64,000 nucleotides of DNA from assembly GCF_004010195.1 (NCBI RefSeq), contig NC_057711.1, positions 77,028,685 to 77,092,684 of the forward strand, read 5' to 3'. Under the pieces are notes generated by a model that saw nothing but the letters and a program-made list of their open reading frames with translations, was not told the origin of the DNA and did not search any database. Shown here in pieces: positions 25,927 to 38,737 of this stretch. Positions within the stretch are counted from its first letter, which is position 1; the number at the start of each line of letters is the position of its first letter. The DNA is from Chiloscyllium plagiosum. Lineage: Eukaryota. Made by a program: the position numbers and the translations under genes.

Positions 25927-27924
25927 GCATTGTTGTTCTTGGCGCTCAGACACATCAAAAGTTTCTGAATGGAGTTTGAGTCAGAAGTGTATAACTAAGC
26001 ACATTACATGCCCATAATTCTCCCTCAGCTACAAAACTGAGAGGTCAACCATTCTCACATAAACAATGCCATTGAGAAGCCAACATCTCATGTGAATGTC
26101 ATGCTGGATTAGATTAGGTAGACCAAGTCATTAAGACATAATTCTCAAAACATCCCACAAGGAAAAAGTGCACAACTCACAAGAAATGTCTCAGATGCAG
26201 CCTGCAGAATCTGACTCCAAGAAACGAAGTGGCGCTGGATATCAGTAGTGCACCCTGATGGCAGGCTGTAAATAATGGGTGAGATGGGAGGTTGAGAGCA
26301 GCTGAAACATTTAACAGCTCAATCTTCAAATTAGGGACACTCTGAGGAAACTCCAGCCTAATGCAGTTGTAATTTCTGGCATCTAAGGGGTTGATGGTGG
26401 TGATGTATCTGGACAGTAGCCCCAGTTGTCATTATGACCTTCTTGGTGGTTCTCACAGGGTCTGCAACGAGAGTGGAGCACAGCTGTGACCGAGTCCCAG
26501 CACTGGTGGGAAGGTGGGTGGGCTGCACTTTTGTATGTCATTTACATCATCCAACTGCAAAGAGATACCTCACTTAAGTTGGACCTCAATCAAGATTAGA
26601 ATGGAGGAAAGGGAAAGCATAGTAGTAGAGAAGGATACTAAGCTCGAATCAGCTGTGTTTTGTCCCCCTCAGAGAGGTCCAGCTTTACAGGGCAAAGACG
26701 ACATACCTTCTCAGGAGGTGTGCATTTTTTTGCGAGATGAGGGAATTATGACTGAAAAACTTGACCTCCCTTACTGTTCCCAGCATAACATTGACATGGG
26801 GAACATAAATAAGGATATGGATCACCAGAGGAAAGTGTGATTATTGCAGCTCCAGGAGGATTCAATGCTGCATGTAGTCAATTAAGACACAAGGATTTAA
26901 GTACATGAGCTCCTGAATGAGAAAATGGTCACCTCGTTAAAGAAATATGCATTACTACTTATTGTGCAGATTCAGCGCACTAATATGCACAGTGAGAATG
27001 AATCACTGCAGTGTTGACCAGTGTTATTGATGGTGCAGAGTTGCACGTAACAGATGTCAACTGTAGCCCAACCAATGGGCTCATTCACCAATCCACATTG
27101 CCATGGAAGGTGAAAGCAAGTCGAAGAGACTGATGAGCAGAGCACCCTTTGGGTACAATGGTGTCATCCTGTACATCTTTGGTCATTCTGACTGGAGAAC
27201 CATATTTGCCATAAGGCTTTATGATAGAGGTTGCCCCTGCAATGCTGTAGGCATATCAAACACCTTCAAGCACATTCACAGTGAAGAATAAAGCCACAGG
27301 CATCTCACTCGAATGTAGAAATAATGGAATTTCTTATTCTCAGCCAATAGGGCAATATCTTATAGAAGTGAACTGGAATGGTAGGCACAGCACTGTTAAT
27401 TGCACTTTTTATGCCGATCTGGGTGAATGAAGTTGGTCTCAACTTATTTTCTTCATTTATTTTTCTAATAAGCATAGTTTATTGCTGAATCTGTGTGTTA
27501 TGATTTCTTGATGTTGAAAGAGCAATGGATGTTAAGCTGCAAGAGAGGTGGGCTTTCTGTTTCTGGTGTGGTTTCATGGTCTGTGAAATGATACAATGTT
27601 GGTGGTGGAGATGCTATCCTCATTGATTTTTTGGGTGACACTGGGATCGTTCCAATGTGTGTGCTCACCAGCAGATCTCTGTTTGATGGAAGATGAATTG
27701 CAGAGTCATCTCTGAAAGACCAAGAGGCACACAAATGAAACATTGCTGAGTTATATGGGTCTTGTGGCCATTCCAAGTCTGCCAATCACAGTGAGGCCTA
27801 GGATAGGTTCTAGGATTTCTCCTCCACTTTGGGTACCAGGTTCCTCTGCAGCCTCCCCTTTCCATTCTTCTTATTCCTTCCCATTCTCCTCCAAGGACAA
27901 ATGGTGTTTCAGGTCCTCCTCCAT

Positions 27925-28910
27925 CTAGCTCTCATCATTTTTGCATTCCCGTGTTGTGCAACTTGCAGCAAATGATTACCATAACGGACATCCTGGCTGG
28001 CTCACATTGGGTGGCAGTATTCACACTGAGGAAGTCAATCCTCAAGGTGCCAATGGTCTGTTCAATGCAGGTAAATCCTAATAAAAAGCTCTGCATCACC
28101 CCTCTCCTTCTGTGTCTAGTTGTCAGGAGGCACTTATTCAGAGGATAACCCTTGTCTCCCAGCAGGGAGAAGGAGTCCAGATGTTGGCCTGAAGAGTTAT
28201 GGCAGCTAGGACTCTCAAAAGTTAAAGAATTATGACACCTGCTCAGGAAGCATGATTATCTTGATTAACAGAGCAGCAGAACATTCAACAGAGCAAAGGC
28301 TTTTTAGATTAGATTAGATTACAGTGTGGAAACAGGCCCTTCGGCCCAACAAGTCCACACCGACCCGCCGAAGCGAAACCCACCCATTCCCCTACATTTA
28401 CCCCTTACCTAACACTACGGGCAATTTAGTATGGCCAATTCACCTGACCCTGCACATCTTTGGATGGTGGGAGGAAACCGGAGCACCCGGAGGAAACCCA
28501 CGCAGACACGGGGAGAACGTTCAGTTCAACTGTGCCTTGATAACTACGTGGGTATGATCAATTACTCCATCAACCTAAAAAATTGTATCAATGTCACCAT
28601 AGCCTTTGGTCAGCATTGCCTCCTCTGTTTAAAAAAAGGATGTGTTTACCCAGCAGCTGAAATGAAGCACCCACAATCTGTCTGATGGTGTGAAAAGCCA
28701 GACAGGTACGTATCTGGTCCCTGCAATGACCTGAATCCAAAGTTCAGAATTACCATGATCTTGATGAGTGCAAGTGGAGGACTGAGTCTCAAAGCATCAG
28801 GTCATCATGGACCAGAGAATTAGTGCCCAAGACCAGCTAGCTGCATGGACATAGAATTGCATTTCATTGGAGCTCAGTAACTTGCAGGTTGTGATTCTTG
28901 AGCAATAAGA
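27925..28910 (-). pseudogene. PIF/Harbinger DDE transposase fossil, interrupted by a SINE
   Basis: Minus strand gives VDGVIDHTHVVIKA (~28535-28575), LLGDKGYPL (~28140-28165), IEQTIGTL and CEPARMSVMVIICCKLHN, which are HARBI1-family motifs in the expected order. Confidence 0.85.
28306..28520 (-). mobile_element. Young 5'-truncated HE1-like SINE with (CTAAT)n tail
   Basis: Nearly identical to 40318-40516 in opposite orientation; CpGs retained. Confidence 0.9.
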
Positions 28911-31900
28911 GTCTTCTTCCTCTCCAGACCCTCACTGTGCTCATCTGGCCTCCTCCTGACGAGCACAATGTATCTGCTGAGGTTCCTCCTCACTAATTTG
29001 TCCCATGTAGAGTAACCTGCTAAATTTTAACTCCCTCATTGGTTCACCAGGACTTCCTCTGATGGACAAATGACACCTCACGTGTCTCTTAGGAGTCCTG
29101 TCTCTTGGTATTCATAAATACAAGCCTCCCATCACTAGCAATGCAAACTCGGTGCTACTGGTTGAGCAGCTGAGCATTAGTTTCCACTTCATAAGCATGC
29201 TAACCACTCCCTTCTGTGCTCACAACAGCCACAGTATATTTGACAGTTTGTCGCTCAAGCCATCCTGCTGAAATTTTAAAACTGTTCCTCTGACACTATT
29301 TGATGAGCTCATCAACAACTACTTTGTTTGGAGATATGTGGATCCCTAGTTCTCAAACCCATTGGTTCAACCTCCATAACACCTTCCATGAAAATGACTC
29401 TCAATGCATACCCATGCCAGCAGCTGAACATCAATTCTCTGGTTTCAGCCACCATCCTCACATCAAGTTACCATCTCACCATTAGGGTCAAATCTGTCAA
29501 AGTGCTCAGGTTACAGCACATAATCCCAGCCTGTTGTCAGCAACACTGATTTTTATGTGTCATTTCATTCAAATATATCAATGTCTTCTTCCTTTCTCTG
29601 TCTTGAAATGTTGTGCCATTTGTTTTTACTGGCAGACACTTTATTCCACGCTAACAAACAAGAATGCATTTCAAATATTAGTTTTTAACTGTATGTTGAA
29701 GTGTATGATCGTTTTTGTGAAGGAAAATGTATTAAATAAATGCAGATGATTACACTTGAAATGTAGCAATTATTTATTCAATATTTTATCCTCTCATGCC
29801 ACATGTTATGAATGTACCCAAACAGTAAAAGTATTCATGTAAAATTAAATAAGCAATACATACAACGAAGGGAATTTAATACAAGGAAACTGATAATATT
29901 TGAGGGCCAATTTCCTAAGATTTGCTGTTATCATGCATCCTCAGCAATGGTAACAAATCTAGATTGTTCAACTGATTTGCAGATTATCCAGCTTCCCATT
30001 TCACCTTTTTTTGATGAATGAGACTACACCATAAAGATTAGCAGCACTAGTATACTTAGGTACAAACTAGCACACTGAATTGCAAAACTAGTTGAGGTTC
30101 TGTTCTCCGCATTTACTTTTGCTATTATAAAAGACATATGACCATGTAAGAATTAGGGAAAAAATAAACTGCCAGCCCATCAGTTTTCCGTAGCTACGAA
30201 AGTGCACTAGGCTCCAGCTTTACAGTTCAGAAATAAATCTTCTGGATTTCAGGCCTGGCTTTGTGCTCCCACTCAAGAATGCAGATTTGGGACATTTCCC
30301 AGCTCTGCAAACCCAACATAGAAAAAGAATAGCTTGGAATATTTGACTTTCATTCTGGAATGGTGGCATTCCTGAGAAGGTGAGCTGGGTGACTCAGGAA
30401 TGAGAATAGAGACTTCCAGGTGAGAGGAAGACTGCACAGAAGGCCAACTTCAATGCATTGGTGAAGTTTTTGTTTAAAACACTTTAAACTCTGTTCAGCT
30501 CTCGGTCTTCCTCACCCTCCAAATGTTTTCCATGCCCTATTTTCCCCGCCCAACCCCTATGCCAAGGTGTGCACCCCATCCACACACCATGGACCCTCCT
30601 AACCTTCATTCCAACCCAGAGCCTATCACTGACTTCCTCTGGTAACCTCCTTCCCTCCATGCCAACAAATGTCCCTTTTTCAAGTTTCCTATCACCTTTT
30701 TTACCCCACAAACCTTTTCCCACATGTGCATCCCACATGATACCTTTCAATCTCCATGCCCACCTATGCACTTCCATCTATCTCCCAGAGGCATTTATAG
30801 ACCCTGTGGCAACTTATGTTAACCCATTCCCCCAAATATGACCCAGTGTTCTTACACCTAGCTTGCTGATTTATTTCAAATTCGATATAGGCAAGTATAA
30901 AGACCCACACCGAGACGACATAACGTTTTGTAAAATAAAGTTTCAAGTTCTATTGCAGATTTCATTGTAAAAAATCTCATTCATAAAAATCCATTTACTA
31001 CATCTACATTTATCTTCAACTATTTAAAGCCTCATAACAAACATGTCATTCAAATGCAGTATCCCTGATGACAAGCAGCACTGGAATGCATTCACAGTCC
31101 CATTTCAATAAGCTTACAACTAACTGAAAGGCATACCCCAGTAATAATGGCTGTTTTGAGATCAGCCATCAAATAGTTCAGGAATGGAAACCTTCAGGTA
31201 TATGTCAAAAGAAAAAGAACAGTTGTTTAACATTCCATTTTTTTTTATTCACAAATTTAAAGACCAGGAATTATAAATGTCTAGACAGGTTCTCAGCTCC
31301 CTTTGCTTTTGGCAGGTCATTTTCTCAACTTGCTTTGGCAGGTCCTCTTGAAAGCTTTTATCAATCCAAATTCGACATTAGTATTGGTAGTTACATTTGA
31401 TAGGTCTGTTGACAGTTCTGACTTTCAGAATAGTAAGTTCTCAGGTATTTTACACATATTAAAGCTGACTTTTAACAATGTCAAAGGGTACCTTCGCTCT
31501 CACAAAAGCATCCTGGGACCATATCAAAAAGGTTATCCTAGATCTCCAAAGAGGTACCATAGCTATCCAAAAAAATTCACAAAGTTCAGACCATGTTGTA
31601 AATTGTACACTTTGGGTTTCACAATGCAAGGCTACCAAAATACCACTTTAGTAGAGGCATCTGCTGTCTGATATGACCTTCTACCTCCACAAACAATGTA
31701 TGCATGAAACTGCAACCCTTTTTCTGTAAAAATGAGAATTGTTGTGTTTGAAGGCAGGACTTCTAATTTTCAGGCAGCTCCTTCTGTACAATGGAAAGGC
31801 TGTGGTGGCCAAAATCTAGGTTATAATACCAACAATTGAAACTTGGACAGGTTTCCTTTGGAAATAATCATTCACCAAAGTAACATTAGAGATCTGTAAT

Positions 31901-33777
31901 TACCATTTCTTGGAATATTTTGCCTCTTTAGAGGTATTTGGACACTACTAGTTGTGGTTGAACATCAATTTCCTTAACAACATTAAACCCTAGATCAGTT
32001 ATGAAGACAAATACATTTTTCTTATTCTGCCTCCAATGATGTTCCATTCAATTTTGTCAACCATTACGTAACTCACATCTGCTCCTAAACCAAATCCTTT
32101 GGATTTTATTTGATGAACCTAAGGACTTAAATAATTTAACATGGATATATTGTGTAAGTGCCTCAGGTACACAATATCCTCCACTTTTAGTTTACCCTAA
32201 CTGTGATCTGGCTTCTGTTTCATGCTATCTGTAGCATTCCAAATGAGAATGAAAAGCTCAATGAAATTTATATTCCATGCTCTTCTGACACATTAGCGGA
32301 GACTTTCTGGTTTCGCCTCTCCCTCCAAATTTTGGCAAACCTGTGGTAGACTGACGCTAAATGCAAAACGAACTTGGAGATGCACTCCACTGCTATCCTA
32401 CATCCATTTCAGCAACATGTTAGTGAGCAAGTGGCAAAGGCATGTAATTGAATTAAACATGACCTTCCCTGAGATTCTTATCCTCCAAGTTTTTAACATT
32501 GGCTGCAGGAGGCTTTTGTTAGCTCCCAGGGTCAAATATTCACTAATTGCTGCTGCAAACCCCATCAGGAACATATTTGTATAAAAGGAGTAATGTATGT
32601 ACTCTCAATGACAGCCAATCTAAGGCCACATCAGCAAAGTTAAACATTAACTTTTCAATTGGCAGTTTGCTGACCACTTCTTTCCCCTGCAGGCCCCTGC
32701 TTCAACAAAATGCCAACACCAAGCAGGCGAAGCTACAAGATGTGGAGAGTGGAATAAAGCCTAGCCTATTACCTCCAAGATTGTTAATATTTATTGTAAG
32801 AAGCAAAGGCTGAAACAAATTCAAGGAAGCAGTACTTGATTTATTTTCTCCCTCATACCTACAGACGATGCATTTAACCATAAATGAAAGCTCATCTAGC
32901 TAATGAGTAAAATGTGAATTTATTTTTATTACTATTGCATTCAGGCTGCTACAACAAAATAATGTAAACTCAGTGTAACAGAATGGTATTTTGTGGAGCC
33001 TGCCAAAATTTTAAAACTTGGATAACTTTGTAGAAAGATTTCATAAAACAAGACAAGAATATATCAGTTACATGACATGAAATGAAATACAGCACATGCC
33101 CTGGCAATTATCGAGCAGCAGTTACACAATCTAAAGATCAGATACAGCAGTAAAAATCTTGTCCTCTTAAACATTTAACCAATGTCCAGTTAACAGCATA
33201 GGAAAAAGAGTCAAGCTCACTTGGGGAAACAACATAGATTTACTCTCAAATCTTGAAATGTGGAAATATAAGTTTGAATCATCAACTTAACCTAGATCTA
33301 AATCAACCTTAATAAATATTAACGAACTTCAAACTTCATTGATTTCTGTATTTTAGATTTCAGTTCTATGCACAGACCACTTATTTATTCAATACTTCCA
33401 GACTTCTCTTTAATTGACTCACTTAATTTTTTCTCAGCAGGGTGACAACAACATGTCTCCCCATCTGCATGGCTCTTCAATGCGATGCATAAAGCATACA
33501 ATCTCTATTTGCAGATGCATAAATGATGCCAGTGAAAATATTTGCAACATTCCCACCTGTCTCAAGCAAAACTAAAAGAGAAGCAGCACATAGGGCTCAA
33601 TTTTCCAGTGTTCAGAAACCACTTCATATTAAGAATTATTTGCTCTTCTTTAACTACTGACAGGTATTAATTAAACCACAAGAAATCCAAGAAAACTGAA
33701 CAGCTAAGCTTCAAGCTAACACACTGTTTTGAGGTGTATTTCCAAATATCTCTAATACAACACCAAACTAATAACTC

Positions 33778-33831
33778 TAAATTCTACATAGGCTCCAATT
33801 CTACACCGTAAATTCTACATAGGCTCCAATT
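33778..33831. repeat. Local direct duplication (23-bp repeat, 31-bp period)
   Basis: taaattctacataggctccaatt at 33778-33800 and 33809-33831. Confidence 0.9.
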
Positions 33832-34499
33832 TTCCAATCAAATCAAATGCAAAATTACATTTTCAAATAGAATAAAAATGATCTGGAATAACATTACTGT
33901 GCCTGTTTGCAAATGGAAACAAAACAATAATGACTTCCTGTAAAGAGAAAGGTCACAAAAGTGTGTTACACAGCAGTTGTAGTTTTGGCACTCTGGGTAC
34001 CATTTGTTATCAGAATAGCATCCACACCACACAGAGACTTCTTGTGTGGCCCATGTAGAATGCCACTTTGATGACAGCATTAGCATGGAGATGAGGGGTG
34101 TGTGTCAAAAGCACGCAGTCTCTTGAGTCAGTCTTTGTTTTTTTTTGACCCCAGCACTGCTATCTTAAACTTCATTGTAGCTAAAGTCTTTTCTGATCCT
34201 CAATGAACTGAGCATGCATTTAGTAGTAAGAAAGATTCCCCACCTAAAGCACTTTATAGGGATCATCAACAACTTGCAGCTTAGTAGCTGATTAGTTTCT
34301 TTATGTTTTGCGAAAGCGTTAAATGTTTTGAGGTGGTTACAGTTGGTGAAGTTTATACACAATAATGCAAAGGTCTTAGTCACACCACTTACTCTCAGTC
34401 ATAGCTGTTATAGTTGCTGTTCCTCTTGGGATAGAGTTTAAAAGAGTAATGGAGCAGAGTCGGCAAGGAAGAGAACAAGCTACATACGAATAAAAGGCC

Positions 34500-34702
34500 A
34501 TGATGTGGAGGTGCCTGTGTTGGACTGGAGTGAACAAAGTCAGAAGTCACATGACATCATATTACAGTCCAACAGGTTTATTTGAAATCACAAACTTTCA
34601 CAGTGCTGCCCCTTTGTGAGATGGAATGAAGGGGCAGTGCTCCGAAAGCTTGTGATTTCAAGTAAACCTGTTGAACTATAACTGGTGTCATGTAACGCCT
34701 GA
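34500..34702. mobile_element. Short palindromic Penelope-derived element (family 2)
   Basis: Inverted arms (acagtccaacaggtttatttgaaatcaca / tgtgatttcaagtaaacctgttgaactat). Partial hammerhead atgaaggggcagtgctccgaaagctt at 34626-34651. Confidence 0.6.
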
Positions 34703-35354
34703 CAAAAACAAGTAGAGATGGTAGGAGATCATCTATCACAACTAGAATCTTCTGGGAGTATTTCTATAATCTCTGAAACCAAAACGAGTGAGAGAGAGAA
34801 TGTACGCGAAAGAGAGTGCAAAGAAATATCTGAAAGAGTGCATGAGAGGAAGTGAGAGAGTATGTGTGAGACTGTGTGTGAAAGCATCATCTACAACTTA
34901 TAAAAAGAGGTTTTCACAGAACTGCACACACCTAGAACTATTTAGAGATTATCTTTTGCAGGGAATGTTGTTCCTCGTGGACCTCATTGTTGGTTTATGA
35001 CTTTATCGGAAGGACTCTCAAACTCCTGAATTTCTTTTGCAAGGATCACTCCCCAGGAAACTTCCACCAGTTGCCACATAGCATCACCTGAGGGACTTTT
35101 CTTATTGTTCGCACCCTAGCTGACTTTACTGCGAGACAAATGTAATCCCAGATTTAAATCTGGCACGATGCATCATGTTTTGTTCATACTTATTGAATGT
35201 GCTGGTCCTTCACTGAAACGTAAGCTCACAATGCTGCAGATTTGGATTTAACAGGGAGGACAAAACAGAACAAATACATTTACATATTTACAATTTATTA
35301 AAATATAAACTATATGTAAGAAAATTTGAAATATTTGGAAACAACTTTTTTTTA

Positions 35355-35460
35355 CGGTATATACTCGAGTAAAAGTCGATCTTGTGTAAAAGTAGATCCC
35401 CTATTTCTGGCCAAATAACCTGGAATTTTCCATAAATCTCATGTAAAAGTCAATCCTAGT
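35355..35460 (+). mobile_element. Tc1/mariner (Tc2-like) terminal fragment
   Basis: TA followed by cggtatatactcgagtaaaagtcga, with three subterminal gtaaaagtnnatc repeats. No second terminal inverted repeat seen. Confidence 0.5.
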
Positions 35461-35564
35461 TCTTCACAGAAAACAGACCAACATTTATGAGTCAGTTTGC
35501 TGGCTGTCACGTCCCACTCCAGCTTTCTAGTCTGCCAGTTGTTCCACTCCAATCCAGAATTTTA

Positions 35565-37092
35565 TCACACTTCTTGAGTGTTGCTGGAGCTGCACATATC
35601 CAGGAAAGTCGAGAGTATTCTAACATACTTCTGACTTGTGCCTTGTAGATGGTGGACAGACACTGAGAAGTCAGGAGGTCAGTTAGTCACTGCAGTATTC
35701 CTAGCCTCCGACCTGCTCTCATAGCCAATGTATTTATGTAGTGAGTCCAGTTGACTTTCTGGACAATGGTAAAGCCCAGAACATTGATAATGTGGTATTC
35801 AGTGATGGTAGCACTATTAAATATCAAATGGCGGTTATTAGATTGTCTTTTTGGAGATGGTCATTGCCTGTCATTTCTGTGGTGTAAATATTACCTGCCA
35901 CTTTTCACCCCAAGACTGGATATTGCCCAGAGCTTGTTGCATTTGAACATGGACTGCCTGAGGAGTCATAAATGCTTCTGAACATTGTGCATTAACTGGC
36001 AAACATCTCCACTTCTGACCTTATGATGGAGAGAAGGTCATTGATGAAGCAGAAGATGGTTGGGCTGAGAACTCATGCAGAGCACTCCTGGAGCTGAGGT
36101 GACTGACCTCCAACAACCACAACCATCTTCCGATGTGCCAAATGTAACTCCAATCAGCAAACAGCTTTCCCGATACCCACCAATTCCAGTTTTACTAGGG
36201 CTTTTTGAGGCCACACTTGATATCAAAGGCTGTCATTCTCATCTCACGCTTGGAATTCAGCTCATTTGTCCATGTTTGAACCCAGGATGTAATGAAGTCA
36301 GGAGCTGAGTGGTCCAGGTGGAAGCCAAACTGGGCATCACTGAGCAGGTGCTGCTTGGTAGCACTGTTAATGACACGTTCGATCACTTTCCTGATGAACA
36401 AGAGGAGACTGATGGGACGATAATTGGATTTGTTCTGTTTTGTGTGTACAGAACATATCTGGGCAATTTTCCACATTGTTAGGTAGATGCCAGTGTTTTA
36501 ACTATACTGGAACAGCTTGGCAAAGGGACCAGCAAATTCTGGAGCACAAGTCTTCAGTACTATTGCTGGAAAGTTGGCAGAGCATGTAGCCTTTTCAGTA
36601 TCCAGTAACTCCAATCATTTCTTGACATAATTTGGAGTGAATCAAATTGGCTGAAGACTGGTATCTGTGATGCTGGAGATTACTGGAGGAAGCAGAGATG
36701 GATCATCCACTCGGCACTTATGACTGAAGATTGTGAAACTTTTCAGCCTTATCTTTTTTGCTGTGATGTGCTGGACTCTTCAATGAGCATGGGAATATTA
36801 GTGAAGCCTCTTCCTCCTCTACTAAATTGCTTAACTGCCCATTACCATTCATGCAGAGCTTAGATCTCATCCGTTGGTTGTGGCATCATTTAGTATGCTG
36901 TTGGGCATGCAAGTAGTCCTGTTTGGTAGCTTCATTTGGTTGACACCTCATTTTTAACTGATGTCTGATGCGCTCTTAACATGTTTTCCTACACTGTCCA
37001 TTAAACCAAGGTTTATTCCTTTGCCTTGATGCTAACAGTTGAATTGAGCATATGCCAAGCCATAGCATTGCAGACTGTGCTAGAATATAATT
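35565..37092 (-). mobile_element. Older CR1/L2-group LINE (second family), RT region
   Basis: MWKIAQICSVH..NYRPISLLLFIRKVIE..LSDAQFGFHLDHSAPD..WTNELN..TAFDIK. Continues at 38466-38735 after a younger CR1 insertion. Confidence 0.8.
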
Positions 37093-37093
37093 A

Positions 37094-38465
37094 AGATTGA
37101 CAAGTTGCCAGGCCCGGACCAGATTTGTCCTCGGCTGCTTTGGGAAACGAGAAATGCAATTGCTTCGCCACTTGAAGATCTTTGCATCCTCGTTCTCCAC
37201 TGGAGTCATACCTGAGGACTGGAGAGAGGCAAATGTAATTCGTCTCTTCAAGAAAGTAAATAGGGAAATCCCCGGCAATTACAGACCAGTAAGTCTCACG
37301 TCTGTCNNNNNNNNNNNNNNNNNNNNNNNNNNNNNNNNNNNNNNNNNNNNNNNNNNNNNNNNNNNNNNNNNNNNNNNNNNNNNNNNNNNNNNNNNNNNNN
37401 NNNNNNNNNNNNNNNNNNNNNNNNNNNNNNNNNNNNNNNNNNNNNNNNNNNNNNNNNNNNNNNNNNNNNNNNNNNNNNNNNNNNNNNNNNNNNNNNNNNN
37501 NNNNNNNNNNNNNNNNNNNNNNNNNNNNNNNNNNNNNNNNNNNNNNNNNNNNNNNNNNNNNNNNNNNNNNNNNNNNNNNNNNNNNNNNNNNNNNNNNNNN
37601 NNNNNNNNNNNNNNNNNNNNNNNNNNNNNNNNNNNNNNNNNNNNNNNNNNNNNNNNNNNNNNNNNNNNNNNNNNNNNNNNNNNNNNNNNNNNNNNNNNNN
37701 NNNNNNNNNNNNNNNNNNNNNNNNNNNNNNNNNNNNNNNNNNNNNNNNNNNNNNNNNNNNNNNNNNNNNNNNNNNNNNNNNNNNNNNNNNNNNNNNNNNN
37801 NNNNNNNNNNNNNNNNNNNNNNNNNNNNNNNNNNNNNNNNNNNNNNNNNNNNNNNNNNNNNNNNNNNNNTTTGGCTTTCATTAACAGGGAGATTGAGTTT
37901 AAGAGTCGTGATATCTTGTTGCAGCTCTATAAAACTTTGGTTAGACCGCACTTGAATACTGCGTCCAGTTCTGGTCGCCCTGTTATAGGAAAGATGTGGA
38001 TGCTTTGGAGAGGATTCAGAGGGGGTTTACCAGGATGCTGCCTGGACTGGAGGGCTTATCTTATGAAGAGAGGTTGACTGAGCTCGGACTTTTTTCATTG
38101 GAGAAAAGGAGGAGGAGAGGGGACCTAATTGAGGTATACAAGATAATGAGAGGCATAAATAGAGTTGATAGCCAGAGACTATTTCCCAGGGCAGAAATAA
38201 CTAACACGAGGGGGTCATACTTTTAAGCTGGTCGGAGGAAAGTATAGAGGGGATGTCGGAGGCGGGTTCTTTACACACAGAGTTGAGAGAGAATGGAATG
38301 CGTTGCCAGCAGCAGTTGTGGAAGCAAGGTCATTGGGGAGATTTAAGAGACTACTGGACATGCATATGGTCACAGAAATTTGAGGGTGCATACATGAGGA
38401 TCAGTGGTCGGCAAAACATCGTGGGCTGAAGGGCTTGTTCTGTGCTGGACTGTTCTATGTTCTAT
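37094..38465 (+). mobile_element. Younger CR1 LINE (RT to 3' tail), spanning an assembly gap
   Basis: TGVIPEDWREANV..PGNYRPVSLTSV, LYKTLVRPHL, RGDLIEVYKIM; tail gttctatgttctat. Confidence 0.9.
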
Positions 38466-38735
38466 TGCTGCTGGCCCACAGCACCTCATGGATGCGGAGT
38501 CTTGAGTTGCTAGACCTGTTCAAAGTCTGTCTCAAAGTCTGTCCCGTTTATTATGGTAATAATGCCACACATGATGAAGGTTATTCTCAATGTGAAAGCA
38601 GGATTTGGTCTCCATAAAGACTATGATACTGTCATGGACAGATTCATCTGTAGCCAGATTGGGAATGATGAGGTCAAGTATGTTTTCCCCTCTTGTTAGT
38701 TCCCTCACAACCTCTACAGACCCAGTCTAGCAGCC
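38466..38735 (-). mobile_element. Continuation of the older LINE (endonuclease end)
   Basis: Minus strand gives RGENILDLIIPNL and SIIVF-like APE C-terminal remnants, colinear with 35565-37092. Confidence 0.6.
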
Positions 38736-38737
38736 TT

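Noticed and set aside
31303..31724. 122-aa plus ORF and a 39-nt minus-strand exon candidate (~31686-31724)
   Set aside because: No recognisable domain, and the donor (gtagaa) is weak.
33778..33831. Repeat-spacer-repeat pattern resembling CRISPR
   Set aside because: Only two copies with an 8-nt spacer in vertebrate DNA and no cas genes; a simple local duplication.
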